Source: Candidatus Nomurabacteria bacterium (GTDB lineage: Bacteria; Patescibacteriota; Minisyncoccia; Phycocordibacterales; UBA2100). Taken from it: a stretch of 64,000 nucleotides of DNA. Below the pieces are notes generated by a model, which searched no databases, was not told the origin of the DNA, and saw only the letters and a list, made by a program, of their open reading frames with translations. The translations under genes were made by a program, and so were the position numbers. This document shows, piece by piece, positions 1 through 9,142 of the stretch (position 1 is its first letter; every line of letters begins with the position of its first letter). The DNA lies in the NCBI GenBank assembly GCA_943359395.1, contig CALRHH010000003.1, forward strand, positions 24,846 to 88,845, in the 5' to 3' direction.

Positions 1-48
1 GATTCAACGTGGATTTTAGGCACCTACTTCACGGCTCTCCGGGACGGC

Positions 49-843
49 ATGCCCCTCTTCCCCGATGCCCTCGCGGCACCCATCACGAACCTCGTCATCT
101 TCATGCAAGTAATCGGGAGTTGGTTCTTGCTCTCCAAAAGACGGGTGCTCCAACGGATGGCATTCTTGTACGCTCTCGCTTTTCATCTGTACTCCGGCGT
201 ATTCGTACTCTATTTTTATCCTTCAGTATCACTTCCTCCTGTACTTATCCTGTTCGGTGCCATGTACCGGCATACCCCGGTTCCATTCTCCAAAAAGACG
301 ATAGCCGGGTGGACTGTGATTGCGCTGGTCGCGATTTTCCAATTACTCGGTTTTACCGCTCCTGGTGACCGCCGGATGACACTCGAGGGGAATAAGTTCG
401 GTATGTTCATGTTCGAGGCGAACCACCAATGCATCGTTACGATCGGGACGTACAGTAAAAAAACTCCTAACGTGCGGCCGGATTGGGAAACCCCCGCGGG
501 GACACGGTGCCCAGGTTTCTTCTGCCTGGTCAAAACGACGACCAGTAAGACATCTGAAAATCTGTCGCTTCGCGAAGAGCGATACGAGTCGGGCACCGCA
601 TGGAACCGGTGCTACCCTTACGAATGGTGGTCCCGCCTCCACTCCCGCTGCGCACAAAACCAAAACATCGACCGGATTTCTCTCAAAATTGACCATTCGA
701 TTAACGGCGGGCCATTCTATCGCACCGTTGATGTGTCGGACATATGCGATGTACCCTATCATCCATTCGGTGGTAATACCTGGATTAAGGGGCCCCCGGA
801 AGCTCCTCTCATCGGGTACCCCGTCACGAACACGTATAACTAA
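49..843 (+). CDS. Membrane protein, function unknown; may be 5'-truncated at the window edge. Several hydrophobic helices N-terminally, hydrophilic Cys-containing C-terminal half.
   Basis: ORF translation shows multiple TM-like stretches (LVIFMQVIGSWFLL, FLYALAFHLYSGVFVLYFY, VLILFGAMY). The ORF begins 48 nt from the window edge, so the true start may lie upstream. Confidence 0.3.
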   Translation: MPLFPDALAAPITNLVIFMQVIGSWFLLSKRRVLQRMAFLYALAFHLYSGVFVLYFYPSVSLPPVLILFGAMYRHTPVPFSKKTIAGWTVIALVAIFQLLGFTAPGDRRMTLEGNKFGMFMFEANHQCIVTIGTYSKKTPNVRPDWETPAGTRCPGFFCLVKTTTSKTSENLSLREERYESGTAWNRCYPYEWWSRLHSRCAQNQNIDRISLKIDHSINGGPFYRTVDVSDICDVPYHPFGGNTWIKGPPEAPLIGYPVTNTYN

Positions 844-1020
844 TAAATCATATGGAAAACGGCACAACAACACTCATTGTCCTGAAAGAACTGGCTGGTA
901 ACCCGCCTCCCCACTTGAACGCCATCCAAGAATTGCTCGCGCCGCACGTCGGACTCCTTACGACACTCTGGATCTCCGTGTGGATAACGACAGCCGCCGT
1001 TCTCCTCGTACAACCCTGGC

Positions 1021-2730
1021 ATGCATACAAAGAACATAAGAATAACCAAAGCAATTAGTGAGCGCGGGAAGTACGAAGACTTGCGCGAGGCAATATCATC
1101 TACCGTATTCGTCCAAGCTGAAAAAGGTGCCGTTATCATCGGCTCTGAGCCCACAGGTGAGCGTAACCCGTGGATATTCGATTTCCGGGCACTTTTGCTG
1201 CAGTCGAAGTGGCTCGACAGATACGCGGAGATATTCTGGGAGCGTTATGCGTCGAATCCTCCATTCCAAGTAGGCGGTATCGAAACGGCTGGCATCGCAC
1301 TGGTCGCGGCAATCGTGATGAAAGGAGAGGAGCGCGGCACCCCAGTCAATGGTTTTTACATACGAAAGTCACGGAAGCGTCAGGGACTCGTGAAGTATAT
1401 TGAAGGCACGCTCAACGATTTGCCTATCGTCCTTGTCGACGACCTCATGAATTCGGGGCAAAGTATCGACAAAGGTATTGATATTCTTTCGCAAGAAGGG
1501 AAAAAAGTCACTGGCGTATTCGTCATCCTCGCCTTCCGTACAGATGATGCTTATGTGCATCTCAAAGAAAAAGGGGCTTCTCTTACACACCTGTTCACTC
1601 TCACCGATTTCGGTATGCCGCTTTTAAGATCGAAGGCGCCGGAAATTCCGGACGACTCTTTCGACGTCATGTGGCGCTACGCAGCACCGAACCCCAGCTA
1701 TCACCTCGTCGTACAAAAATCAGCCCCTGTTCTGGATGACGAAAGAGTCTTTCTTGGTTGCGACGACGGAACATTCCGGGCACTGAATCAAAAGACGGGG
1801 GAGATCGACTGGGAATTTTCTGTCGGCCACCATCCGCGAGGCAAAGGTATTCTCTCGTCCCCCACGCTTCACGAAGGCGTCGTCTACTTTGGCGCGTACG
1901 ACGGCGTCGTGTATGCGCTTGACGCGAAGACTGGGAAAAAGATATGGAGTTACGACGACGCCGATTGGATAGGCTCCTCACCCGACGTTGCCTCAGACCT
2001 CGGCCTCCTTTTCATCGGACTCGAATTCGGACTCTGGAGAAAACGGGGCGGCATTGCGGCGCTTGACCTAAAAACGGGAGTGCCGCGCTGGACTGCATAC
2101 CACACAGACTTAACGCACGGCTCCCCGCTCTACATCCCGGAAGAGTCCTTCGTAGTAATCGGGAGCAACGACGGTGCCTTGTATGCATACGATGCAAAGA
2201 CGGGTAGCTTGCGCTGGAAGTATCCGTCGCGGGGAGATATAAAAACGCGCCCGGCGTATGATACGAAACGACGTATTGTCATCTTCGGTTCAATGGATGG
2301 TACTCTCTACGTGCTCTCGGCGCGGGACGGCTCCCCTCTCTACGCCCGCGAGACCGGTGCCGGGATATATTCGACACCGCTCGTCCACGGCGACACCGTA
2401 TACGTCGCATCACTCGATAAATGTATCTATGCGATAAATAGTGTAAATTGGAAAGACCGCTGGGTGTATGAAACGAAAGGGCGCATCTTTGCCTCCCCGC
2501 TGATTACCGGCGATTCACTATGGATTGGTTCGAACGACGGCAGACTTTATGAGCTCAACCCCGATACCGGTACACTCAAACATTTCTTTCAAGCAACAGA
2601 GCGTATTGTAAACGCCGCCTGTTACAATGCCTCAACGAAAAGATTCTTTGTGCCAACTGTAGCGAACGAACTCTATTGTATCGAACGAAATAGCGGCGAC
2701 CGGACACTCATAGAGGCCTCTTCTATATAA
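1021..2730 (+). CDS. Fusion protein: N-terminal type I phosphoribosyltransferase domain (PRPP-binding loop VLVDDLMNSGQS) joined to a C-terminal PQQ-repeat beta-propeller.
   Basis: PRPP-binding signature V-L-V-D-D-x-x-x-S-G characteristic of type I PRTases (OPRT/APRT-like). Downstream are repeated ~40-aa units of form 'G.VYA.DAKTG...W' typical of PQQ/BamB-like propeller blades (at least 7 recognisable). Compound hairpin terminator directly follows. Confidence 0.6.
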   Translation: MHTKNIRITKAISERGKYEDLREAISSTVFVQAEKGAVIIGSEPTGERNPWIFDFRALLLQSKWLDRYAEIFWERYASNPPFQVGGIETAGIALVAAIVMKGEERGTPVNGFYIRKSRKRQGLVKYIEGTLNDLPIVLVDDLMNSGQSIDKGIDILSQEGKKVTGVFVILAFRTDDAYVHLKEKGASLTHLFTLTDFGMPLLRSKAPEIPDDSFDVMWRYAAPNPSYHLVVQKSAPVLDDERVFLGCDDGTFRALNQKTGEIDWEFSVGHHPRGKGILSSPTLHEGVVYFGAYDGVVYALDAKTGKKIWSYDDADWIGSSPDVASDLGLLFIGLEFGLWRKRGGIAALDLKTGVPRWTAYHTDLTHGSPLYIPEESFVVIGSNDGALYAYDAKTGSLRWKYPSRGDIKTRPAYDTKRRIVIFGSMDGTLYVLSARDGSPLYARETGAGIYSTPLVHGDTVYVASLDKCIYAINSVNWKDRWVYETKGRIFASPLITGDSLWIGSNDGRLYELNPDTGTLKHFFQATERIVNAACYNASTKRFFVPTVANELYCIERNSGDRTLIEASSI

Positions 2731-2733
2731 AAA

Positions 2734-2772
2734 GCGGAGGTGCGTTGCATCGGTTGATGCATCGTACCTCCG
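2734..2772. terminator. Compound GC-rich hairpin (GCGGAGGT...ACCTCCGC with an inner ATGCATC-GGTT-GATGCAT palindrome). Bidirectional terminator between the + strand PRTase-PQQ gene and the - strand small secreted peptide gene.
   Basis: Perfect 8-bp outer stem and nested inner palindrome read directly. A-run on one side gives a U-tract for the minus-strand transcript. Confidence 0.45.
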
Positions 2773-2821
2773 CATGCACCGGAGAAAACTATCTCCGAGT
2801 GTCAGGTGGCCACGGGGCCTT

Positions 2822-3052
2822 TTATTTCGGGAAAAACTGATTGCAGACCCCGGCACCATGCTTCTTGATGTTGTAACCGAGCTTCCGCCGGTTGTCCAGG
2901 CACTCGGCCCGGGTTCTCGGCAGCGGCAGAACCATCGTCTTCCCGTCGATCGTCGTCCGGGTAATGAACTGCCCCCGCTGGGCTTCAGCCGAGGAGACGG
3001 AGGCCGCCGCGAGCAGCACGCCCGCAACGGCAATCTTCAACAATGTCTTCAT
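2822..3052 (-). CDS. Small secreted protein (76 aa) with N-terminal signal peptide and basic ~55-aa mature region with two Cys. Last gene downstream of the ligase operon.
   Basis: N-terminus MKTLLKIAVAGVLLAAASVSSAEA is a classical Sec signal peptide with AxA cleavage site. Sits immediately downstream, same strand, of the 3146-9540 operon and is followed by a terminator hairpin. Confidence 0.4.
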   Translation of the reverse strand: MKTLLKIAVAGVLLAAASVSSAEAQRGQFITRTTIDGKTMVLPLPRTRAECLDNRRKLGYNIKKHGAGVCNQFFPK

Positions 3053-3145
3053 CAGAAGCTCCCATCTGCTGCGGGATGGATTTGGTGCGGACTCAATGCC
3101 CGCTCCGCAGCTGGCTGGAATTATACCTCATATTTTTTACAAAAG

Positions 3146-4453
3146 TCAAGCCCCGCCCCTCACCTGGCCCGCCCCGGGACGCGTGCTTTCGTCGATCACT
3201 ATCCTGCTTTTGCCCCGGGGAGCTAATGGAATATTTTCGACAATCTCCACGCCGACGCGCACATCCTTCCCTACGAGTTTTCCGAGGCTTTCTTTTACGC
3301 GCTCTTCCACACCGGCGTAAAATGCCGGGCCCGGGATGATGCGCGCTACGATTTCGCCGTCAGACTTCTTTGCAATCTGATACTGGAAGATGTAATTCAT
3401 AAAACCGTCCATCGCGCCGTCAAACTCGAGATGATGAATCCGGCGTGCGGGAAACGTGAGGTATGCGGAGTAGCGTCCCTTAATCCACAGACGGGGCGAA
3501 CGCAATCCGCAAGCACATGGCTCATAAGAAATCCTTCCGCGATCCCCCGTATCGTATCTGATAAAGGGCATGCCATAGTTTAAAAGGTCAGTGGCGATGA
3601 TTTTTCCTTCCACGCCCGGCGAAGCCTCCGCATACGAATCGTCCGTAATTTCGATAATGACCGATTCCGTATTCACATGAAAGCCGTCATGCCGGGCACA
3701 CTCCACTCCGACGACACCTATTTCCTCGAGACCATAGCGGTCATATATTTCACAACCCAGAGTATCTTCGACAAACCTGCGTACCGACGGAAAAAGCATC
3801 TCCCCGAACGAAAGTACGAATCGCAATTCGGGACGCGGAAGCGCCGGATTCTTTGAAACGAGCCGGGACATTTCAAGCAAAATTGACGGGTATGCTGACA
3901 AGACTTCAGCCTTAAAGGCCGCCATTCGCGCAAGCGCCTGCCTCGGATTGCTCAGAAACTCTCCGACGGGGACAAAAAGGTGCGACTCACTCGACAAGCC
4001 CCGTATCTTAATGCGGACGATACGTACTGTGGCGAGACTGCTGAGCGGCTCTCCGCGCCACCAGAGAAAACGGAATGAGGCAAAATCGATGTATTTGTCG
4101 ATGACGGCTTCTTCACTCATGAGAAACCGGAAGGGCGTACCGGCAGTCCCCGACGTAACGTACCAAAATGAATGCACGGCCTGACTACTGTCAATGTATT
4201 CTTCCGGCATTTTCCCTTCGAATGTCCGCTTACTCGTGACGGGGAGGCGGGACATGTCCGCAAGAGAACGGATGGAGTCCGGCTCTATCCCCTTTTCCCT
4301 GAGGAAAGTGCGCCAAAGCGGAACATGCAGATAGGCATGCCGGAGAAGTTTCCGCATGTGTTTCTCTTGCCATCGTTTTTGTGCCGAGGGGGAGCGTCTG
4401 TGCAAAACGCAAAATCGTGCGAACGCAAAACGTTCTGTGATTCGACGTATCAT
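3146..4453 (-). CDS. Adenylate-forming enzyme of the phenylacetate-CoA ligase (PaaK) / CapK / coenzyme F390 synthetase family.
   Basis: Motif YVTSGTAGTPFRF matches the P-loop-like AMP-binding motif of PaaK-family ligases (consensus xSGTTGxP). Size (~435 aa) and overall architecture are typical. Overlaps the upstream paralog by 4 nt (translational coupling). Confidence 0.6.
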   Translation of the reverse strand: MIRRITERFAFARFCVLHRRSPSAQKRWQEKHMRKLLRHAYLHVPLWRTFLREKGIEPDSIRSLADMSRLPVTSKRTFEGKMPEEYIDSSQAVHSFWYVTSGTAGTPFRFLMSEEAVIDKYIDFASFRFLWWRGEPLSSLATVRIVRIKIRGLSSESHLFVPVGEFLSNPRQALARMAAFKAEVLSAYPSILLEMSRLVSKNPALPRPELRFVLSFGEMLFPSVRRFVEDTLGCEIYDRYGLEEIGVVGVECARHDGFHVNTESVIIEITDDSYAEASPGVEGKIIATDLLNYGMPFIRYDTGDRGRISYEPCACGLRSPRLWIKGRYSAYLTFPARRIHHLEFDGAMDGFMNYIFQYQIAKKSDGEIVARIIPGPAFYAGVEERVKESLGKLVGKDVRVGVEIVENIPLAPRGKSRIVIDESTRPGAGQVRGGA

Positions 4454-5802
4454 GATTTATTTTCAAAATCTCTAATGAAGTATACGGCTTTCCCGCTCTT
4501 CGCCTCAGGGATGGTACCAGTGAGCTCCCACTGTATCCGCACACGGGGGTGCAGGAGCCTCACCATGAGCGCATCAAGAGATTCTTTATGCGCGTCAAAG
4601 GAAGAGCCGGGCACAACCTTCATGACAAAAGAAACTTTGCCCGTCTGGATTATCTGATATTGACGGATAGAGTCCCTGTAAGAACCCAGCGCGTACGCGA
4701 TATCGAGTAACGAGACAGTACGACTATCCTCGAGTTCGATGAGTTCAGTGGTCCTGCCCTTGAAGGTCAGCGTACGGAGTGTCCGGCCACACGCGCAGAG
4801 AGAATCCGTCATGACGCCGGTATCTCCGATTTCATAGCGGATGAAAGGCATCACGCGGTTGTCAAATGTCGTGACGAGAATACGGCCCTCGCGCCCTGGA
4901 GGCAGCGGGAGATTATTCTCGTCCACGACCTCGACGTACGCCCACTCTTCGCTTATGTGCATGTTGTGAAGCTCACATTCATATCCCAAGAATCCCACCT
5001 CCCGCGATGCGTAGAGCGTGAAGAGTTCTGTTTTCATGACACGTTCTACATACGCGCGGTCTGATTCCGTAAGGTGCTCCCCCGCCACCATAGCCACGCG
5101 CACCGGGAGTTCTATTCCGAGTTTCTCCATTTGCCGCGCGAGTTCAACGACCCAGGACGTGTATCCGTACAGTATAAAGCCCTTCCTGAGTTGACGTCCG
5201 AGTTCTTTAAAATCGTTCACCCGGTGCCGGATGCTGTTATATCCGCGGATATAGAACCACACGTGCCTGTAGAACGTGAACCCATTCCGGGGCCGTGCAC
5301 GCATGTACACGATGGGAAACCGTTTGCCTGTGCTGCGAAATATGCGTTCGGTCACGGCAAAACTCCGAAGAGAAGCATGCCAATCTTGAAGAAAGTGGAA
5401 GGGTTTCCCCGTTGATCCCGACGTATAATCGGGGTCGCTTTTGGCCAGAAGAGACGCGTCCGTAATATAGTCCATACGTTTCCCGACCAACGCTTTTTTC
5501 AGGGTGACGGGGAGTTTCGAGAGAATTTCCCGCGGTGACATTGAGGCATCTACCCCAGCTGTATTGAATACGTCTCTCCAGTAAGGAACATGAGTTACGT
5601 GGTGAAATAAATCTTTCAATCGCTCATCCTGAATCCTCTCAATACGCTCCCGTGACCAATACTGACTCTTCATCAACACGTACGTATCGAGAAAAAGAGG
5701 GATGTGCCTAAAAATACTTCTATATAAAAATTTGCTCGTCCAAATACGGTCGCTGCGCAAACCGTGTTTGAGTAAAATCGCTTCGCTCACGCTCGTAAAC
5801 AT
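4450..5802 (-). CDS. Second PaaK/CapK-family adenylate-forming ligase, paralogous to the downstream gene.
   Basis: Motif YTSGSTGKPFHF (AMP-binding loop of PaaK-like ligases). C-terminal 'RYEIGD' region resembles the PaaK C-terminal domain. ~450 aa. Confidence 0.6.
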   Translation of the reverse strand: MFTSVSEAILLKHGLRSDRIWTSKFLYRSIFRHIPLFLDTYVLMKSQYWSRERIERIQDERLKDLFHHVTHVPYWRDVFNTAGVDASMSPREILSKLPVTLKKALVGKRMDYITDASLLAKSDPDYTSGSTGKPFHFLQDWHASLRSFAVTERIFRSTGKRFPIVYMRARPRNGFTFYRHVWFYIRGYNSIRHRVNDFKELGRQLRKGFILYGYTSWVVELARQMEKLGIELPVRVAMVAGEHLTESDRAYVERVMKTELFTLYASREVGFLGYECELHNMHISEEWAYVEVVDENNLPLPPGREGRILVTTFDNRVMPFIRYEIGDTGVMTDSLCACGRTLRTLTFKGRTTELIELEDSRTVSLLDIAYALGSYRDSIRQYQIIQTGKVSFVMKVVPGSSFDAHKESLDALMVRLLHPRVRIQWELTGTIPEAKSGKAVYFIRDFENKS

Positions 5803-5854
5803 ATAGCGGAATGATACTGCTTGCCCGAATACACGTCTACGCTCGAGCTTTTGC

Positions 5855-6742
5855 TCACTTCCTCAGCAATTGACGCTCTAATTCCGGTACCGAAATATTG
5901 CACTCCCTGTATTGTTCGTGAAATTTTTCTCTCAGCGCATTTCTTGATGCGTCAATCATAGGACGTATCCGTTCGTACCCATCGCGCTTATACCTGAGGG
6001 CAAGATTGGTCCAGACAGATTGATACACGATGCGTTTGAACGTGTACGCGTTACTCCAGTGCCTGAACAGGAGTTCGGGATTATTGAGGACAAAATCTAC
6101 GAGCGGCTGGCGCAGATACGAGAGACATAGCTCGGGTGTGCTGAAGTGAAAATACGGTTCGTGTGCAGTCGAATTATCCTTACACCATTCGAGCGGGATG
6201 GCATTACCGTTTGAAAATGGGAGGAAAAGGTCGGACCGAGTAATGACGGGTTTCGTACGATCTACGTCGTAGACCTGCTCGCCGCTGCAGAGCACCGCAT
6301 ACCCTCCCCTCTCCTCGACATGTTCCATGAGACGTATTTGTATATACCTGAAGGGGTGTACCGCGGGATATCGCTCATAGGCAGCAACGCCAGAAGAGAT
6401 GAAGGAGGTGATGTTCAGAGGAACTATTTCCTGGTGCACGCCACGATCACGGCACCACTGTGCAGCGTAGTGAATGTCGTGTTGATTGAGGCCGTCTTCA
6501 AATTCGAGCGTCAGTACGGAAAAAGGAATCTGCTGGTCGTAGAACGCCTGACACGCCACTTCGCTGTCTATTCCACCACTCGAACACACCCAAAGAGGTT
6601 TCTTGGCTTTATGAGCTATCGAATGCGCGGCGGTATATATTTCTTCCTTCCAAATTGCTGGCTCACGGCTACAGGGGGTAAAGCGGAGCGAGAATGCACC
6701 ATCCTTTTCTTTGCCTCCGGCTTCGAAAGTAAATGCGGTCAT
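5855..6742 (-). CDS. PP-loop ATP pyrophosphatase superfamily protein (adenine-nucleotide alpha-hydrolase fold; asparagine-synthetase-C-domain / QueC / TilS-like class).
   Basis: Canonical PP-loop SGGxDS present as VCSSGGIDSEV near the N-terminus. ~295 aa, too short to carry a glutaminase domain. 4-nt overlap with the upstream Cys-rich gene. Confidence 0.55.
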   Translation of the reverse strand: MTAFTFEAGGKEKDGAFSLRFTPCSREPAIWKEEIYTAAHSIAHKAKKPLWVCSSGGIDSEVACQAFYDQQIPFSVLTLEFEDGLNQHDIHYAAQWCRDRGVHQEIVPLNITSFISSGVAAYERYPAVHPFRYIQIRLMEHVEERGGYAVLCSGEQVYDVDRTKPVITRSDLFLPFSNGNAIPLEWCKDNSTAHEPYFHFSTPELCLSYLRQPLVDFVLNNPELLFRHWSNAYTFKRIVYQSVWTNLALRYKRDGYERIRPMIDASRNALREKFHEQYRECNISVPELERQLLRK

Positions 6743-7947
6743 GATGTACGGCTGAACGAACGAATTTGTTCCATAGGGTCAATACCGAGATTCCTCAGAC
6801 CTTGTTGGCATACGCCATCATCGCTTCCGCATATCTCCCGCATGCGTTCCATCGATGTTCCAATCCGATTTAGAAAAAAGAAGAGCCCTTGATAACAGAT
6901 GGTTCTCATGGGAACATCCGACATAGCGGCGCAATACAAGGCAAGTGGCTTCGTCCGATCTTCTGTCGCAACGGCAAGCTTGCCGATAATGCATGACGCT
7001 TCCGCCTGCCGGCTTCCGAGCCCCTGGCAGGACTTGACCGCGGCGGGTGTGTTCGTCAACACCAGGTAAGAACCACTAGACCCCATTCCGCTGAAACAAG
7101 CGGTTCGCGCCATAGCTTCCCCATACGATTCACACACGTTTTTCACAATTTCAAGCGACTGCGCTTCAGAAACGTCCTGCCGCCTGAGAGTGGCATAGAC
7201 CATCCGCGGGAAGTACCGGAAACAAGCGCGCATTTCGGGCAATGAGGGAAAATCGCAGAGGGAGCGCAGGGAATCCTTATCCGGATACTCGATGTCGGGC
7301 GGAGAAGTCATGCTTCTTGACGAGAGAATGTCGGCGTATTCCATCGTAACGCCGTTGTAACATTGATTGAGCATGGAGCCGGATACTTCTCGGCACACTG
7401 CAAATGCCGGCTCAAACTTCTGATATACTTGGAAAAGCGCATGCCCCACGCCATGGCAGGTCCCGATGTTTGTACATAGTCGCTTTCCGACTTTCCGCAA
7501 CTCATCCACGCTCATATGCGCGAGATTTAGTTTTTCGTAGTCTATCCCGAGTTCCTCGGCGAAAGCTCCCCCGATAATCCCGTGGATACAAGCTGAATCG
7601 CAGGCACGGTTGCACTGAGAGATTGCGGCTTCGACGTCGTGATACCTTGTATACATCTGTTGCCCGACAACGTGACCTACGTAATGGCACCACATCGGTC
7701 CAGAGCGGGCCGATAGTATATCCATGAGATCGGCGCCGCCCGTAAGCTCGAGCAGTTTTTTTATCTCAGGCCGGACACACGCCACCCCATCTTTTTCGCC
7801 GGCACAGGCCGATACGCCCGCGAGCGCGCTCCTGAATTTGTATGAAGGCCACCACTGATTGTAAAGAGATTTTGCTCCAAGAACTCCAAGGATTGCGGCG
7901 ACAATGACCAGTCCGAGCACAATCCCGCGCACATCAAAAAAACGCAT
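6739..7947 (-). CDS. Membrane-anchored (single N-terminal TM), strongly Cys-rich extracytoplasmic protein of unknown function with recurring C-x(n)-HG-[VI]-GH / C..G..G motifs.
   Basis: N-terminal helix IVLGLVIVAAILGVLGA. More than 20 Cys in ~370 extracytoplasmic residues. Repeated motifs WCHYVGHVVG, CHGVGHALFQ, CIHGIIGGAF, CFSGMGSSGS read directly from the translation. Confidence 0.45.
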   Translation of the reverse strand: MRFFDVRGIVLGLVIVAAILGVLGAKSLYNQWWPSYKFRSALAGVSACAGEKDGVACVRPEIKKLLELTGGADLMDILSARSGPMWCHYVGHVVGQQMYTRYHDVEAAISQCNRACDSACIHGIIGGAFAEELGIDYEKLNLAHMSVDELRKVGKRLCTNIGTCHGVGHALFQVYQKFEPAFAVCREVSGSMLNQCYNGVTMEYADILSSRSMTSPPDIEYPDKDSLRSLCDFPSLPEMRACFRYFPRMVYATLRRQDVSEAQSLEIVKNVCESYGEAMARTACFSGMGSSGSYLVLTNTPAAVKSCQGLGSRQAEASCIIGKLAVATEDRTKPLALYCAAMSDVPMRTICYQGLFFFLNRIGTSMERMREICGSDDGVCQQGLRNLGIDPMEQIRSFSRTS

Positions 7948-9142
7948 ACCTCATTGTACTCGACAAGCCAGATAGCGACCATCCGTTACTATTCAGGAAA
8001 TCCCTAAACGGCGGGTGGAGGGCGGACATTTGACTGAAACGGTCGTAGCTATACCAGCGGCCTTGAGTACCCGTCGGACCGGCGAGCATCGTTTCGCGCA
8101 TAAATGCAAAAAACGAATTTTTGTGTACATTCGGATGTGCTTCCATACGTTCAATCATTCTGTCCAGGTGTCCCCTAACCTCGGGTAGGCGTGCATCGCC
8201 GTCAATCGCATATATAAAAGTCGCCAGCGAGAAATCAGTATAGACGAGTCTTGCTTCTATCATGATATTCCCTTGCTCGTCCGCCGTCCGCCGCTCTTGG
8301 TAATAATCAAACACTTTTTGAAACGCCGCTTCCGCCTTGGGTAAATTCTCATGACGCACGAGAGCAATTGACGCATTCAAAAAACCTTGAAAATAATAGA
8401 AAGCCGGCGCCTGCACTTCCCAATACGGCCTCCCAAGAATCCTTTTTTCTTCTTCGGGAAACAGTATGTTCGTATCATCCAGGATTTTCTCAATCGACCG
8501 AATATGCCTATCCAAATTACTTGTCGAAAGTTTTTCTATCCCGTCAAAATGTTTGAATATACTTGTTGCATGCCAGATACCCACTTTAAAGTACGCGACG
8601 CTTGTCGGATATTTTGAGAGTGAATATTCGGCGAGGTTTTTCAACGATCCGACATCGTCACCCGGAATACGCAGCTCTCCGTACGGCTCACCTTTGAAAA
8701 TCTCGTCAATGAGCTGAGGTTCCATTGCGGTCGTTATGTATCCCAAGAGTCGATTGATGAGGAGTGCCTGATTGTAGGGGCTTCCCGGGTAAGTGAGTAA
8801 CTGCTCCTTCGTAAGGCGCACCGCCTCAAGTTGTTTTTGCATATCGCCGCCCCAGAAATCCGCGACGACAGTCGCGGTTATCGCCCGCTGTCCGGCAACG
8901 CTGCTTGTACCTGTCGTTTGGAGTATCTTTTGAGCACTTTCTTGTGTGGCGAGAAAATCCCCCTTCTCAGTTAAATCATAGGTAAGCTCAAGGTCGCGAG
9001 TGATTGTTGTTTGTGGGAGCCCGAAGAAAGTCCGGAACGTTGATTGCGGCGCCGTGAACTCATAGAGGATAAAAAGCGCGGCGCATAAGACGGCAGTTGC
9101 GATTACCGGTCCTGTAACGCTCGAGCGGGACATCATATTCAT
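7934..9142 (-). CDS. Membrane-anchored protein of unknown function (N-terminal TM GPVIATAVLCAALFILYEF, ~370-aa extracytoplasmic domain). Start set at the internal MNMMS Met whose ATG overlaps the upstream stop (ATGA).
   Basis: The long ORF (to 9229) begins with an Arg/Trp-rich stretch that is just the alternative-frame reading of the GGGDC-coding repeat. The Met at 9140-9142 forms an ATGA overlap with the stop of the upstream small gene, which is typical translational coupling. Confidence 0.45.
   Translation of the reverse strand: MNMMSRSSVTGPVIATAVLCAALFILYEFTAPQSTFRTFFGLPQTTITRDLELTYDLTEKGDFLATQESAQKILQTTGTSSVAGQRAITATVVADFWGGDMQKQLEAVRLTKEQLLTYPGSPYNQALLINRLLGYITTAMEPQLIDEIFKGEPYGELRIPGDDVGSLKNLAEYSLSKYPTSVAYFKVGIWHATSIFKHFDGIEKLSTSNLDRHIRSIEKILDDTNILFPEEEKRILGRPYWEVQAPAFYYFQGFLNASIALVRHENLPKAEAAFQKVFDYYQERRTADEQGNIMIEARLVYTDFSLATFIYAIDGDARLPEVRGHLDRMIERMEAHPNVHKNSFFAFMRETMLAGPTGTQGRWYSYDRFSQMSALHPPFRDFLNSNGWSLSGLSSTMRYAFF

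Noticed and set aside
216-873. Minus-strand ORFs 216-596 and 343-873
   Set aside because: They are antisense to the longer membrane-protein ORF 49-843, with no supporting features.
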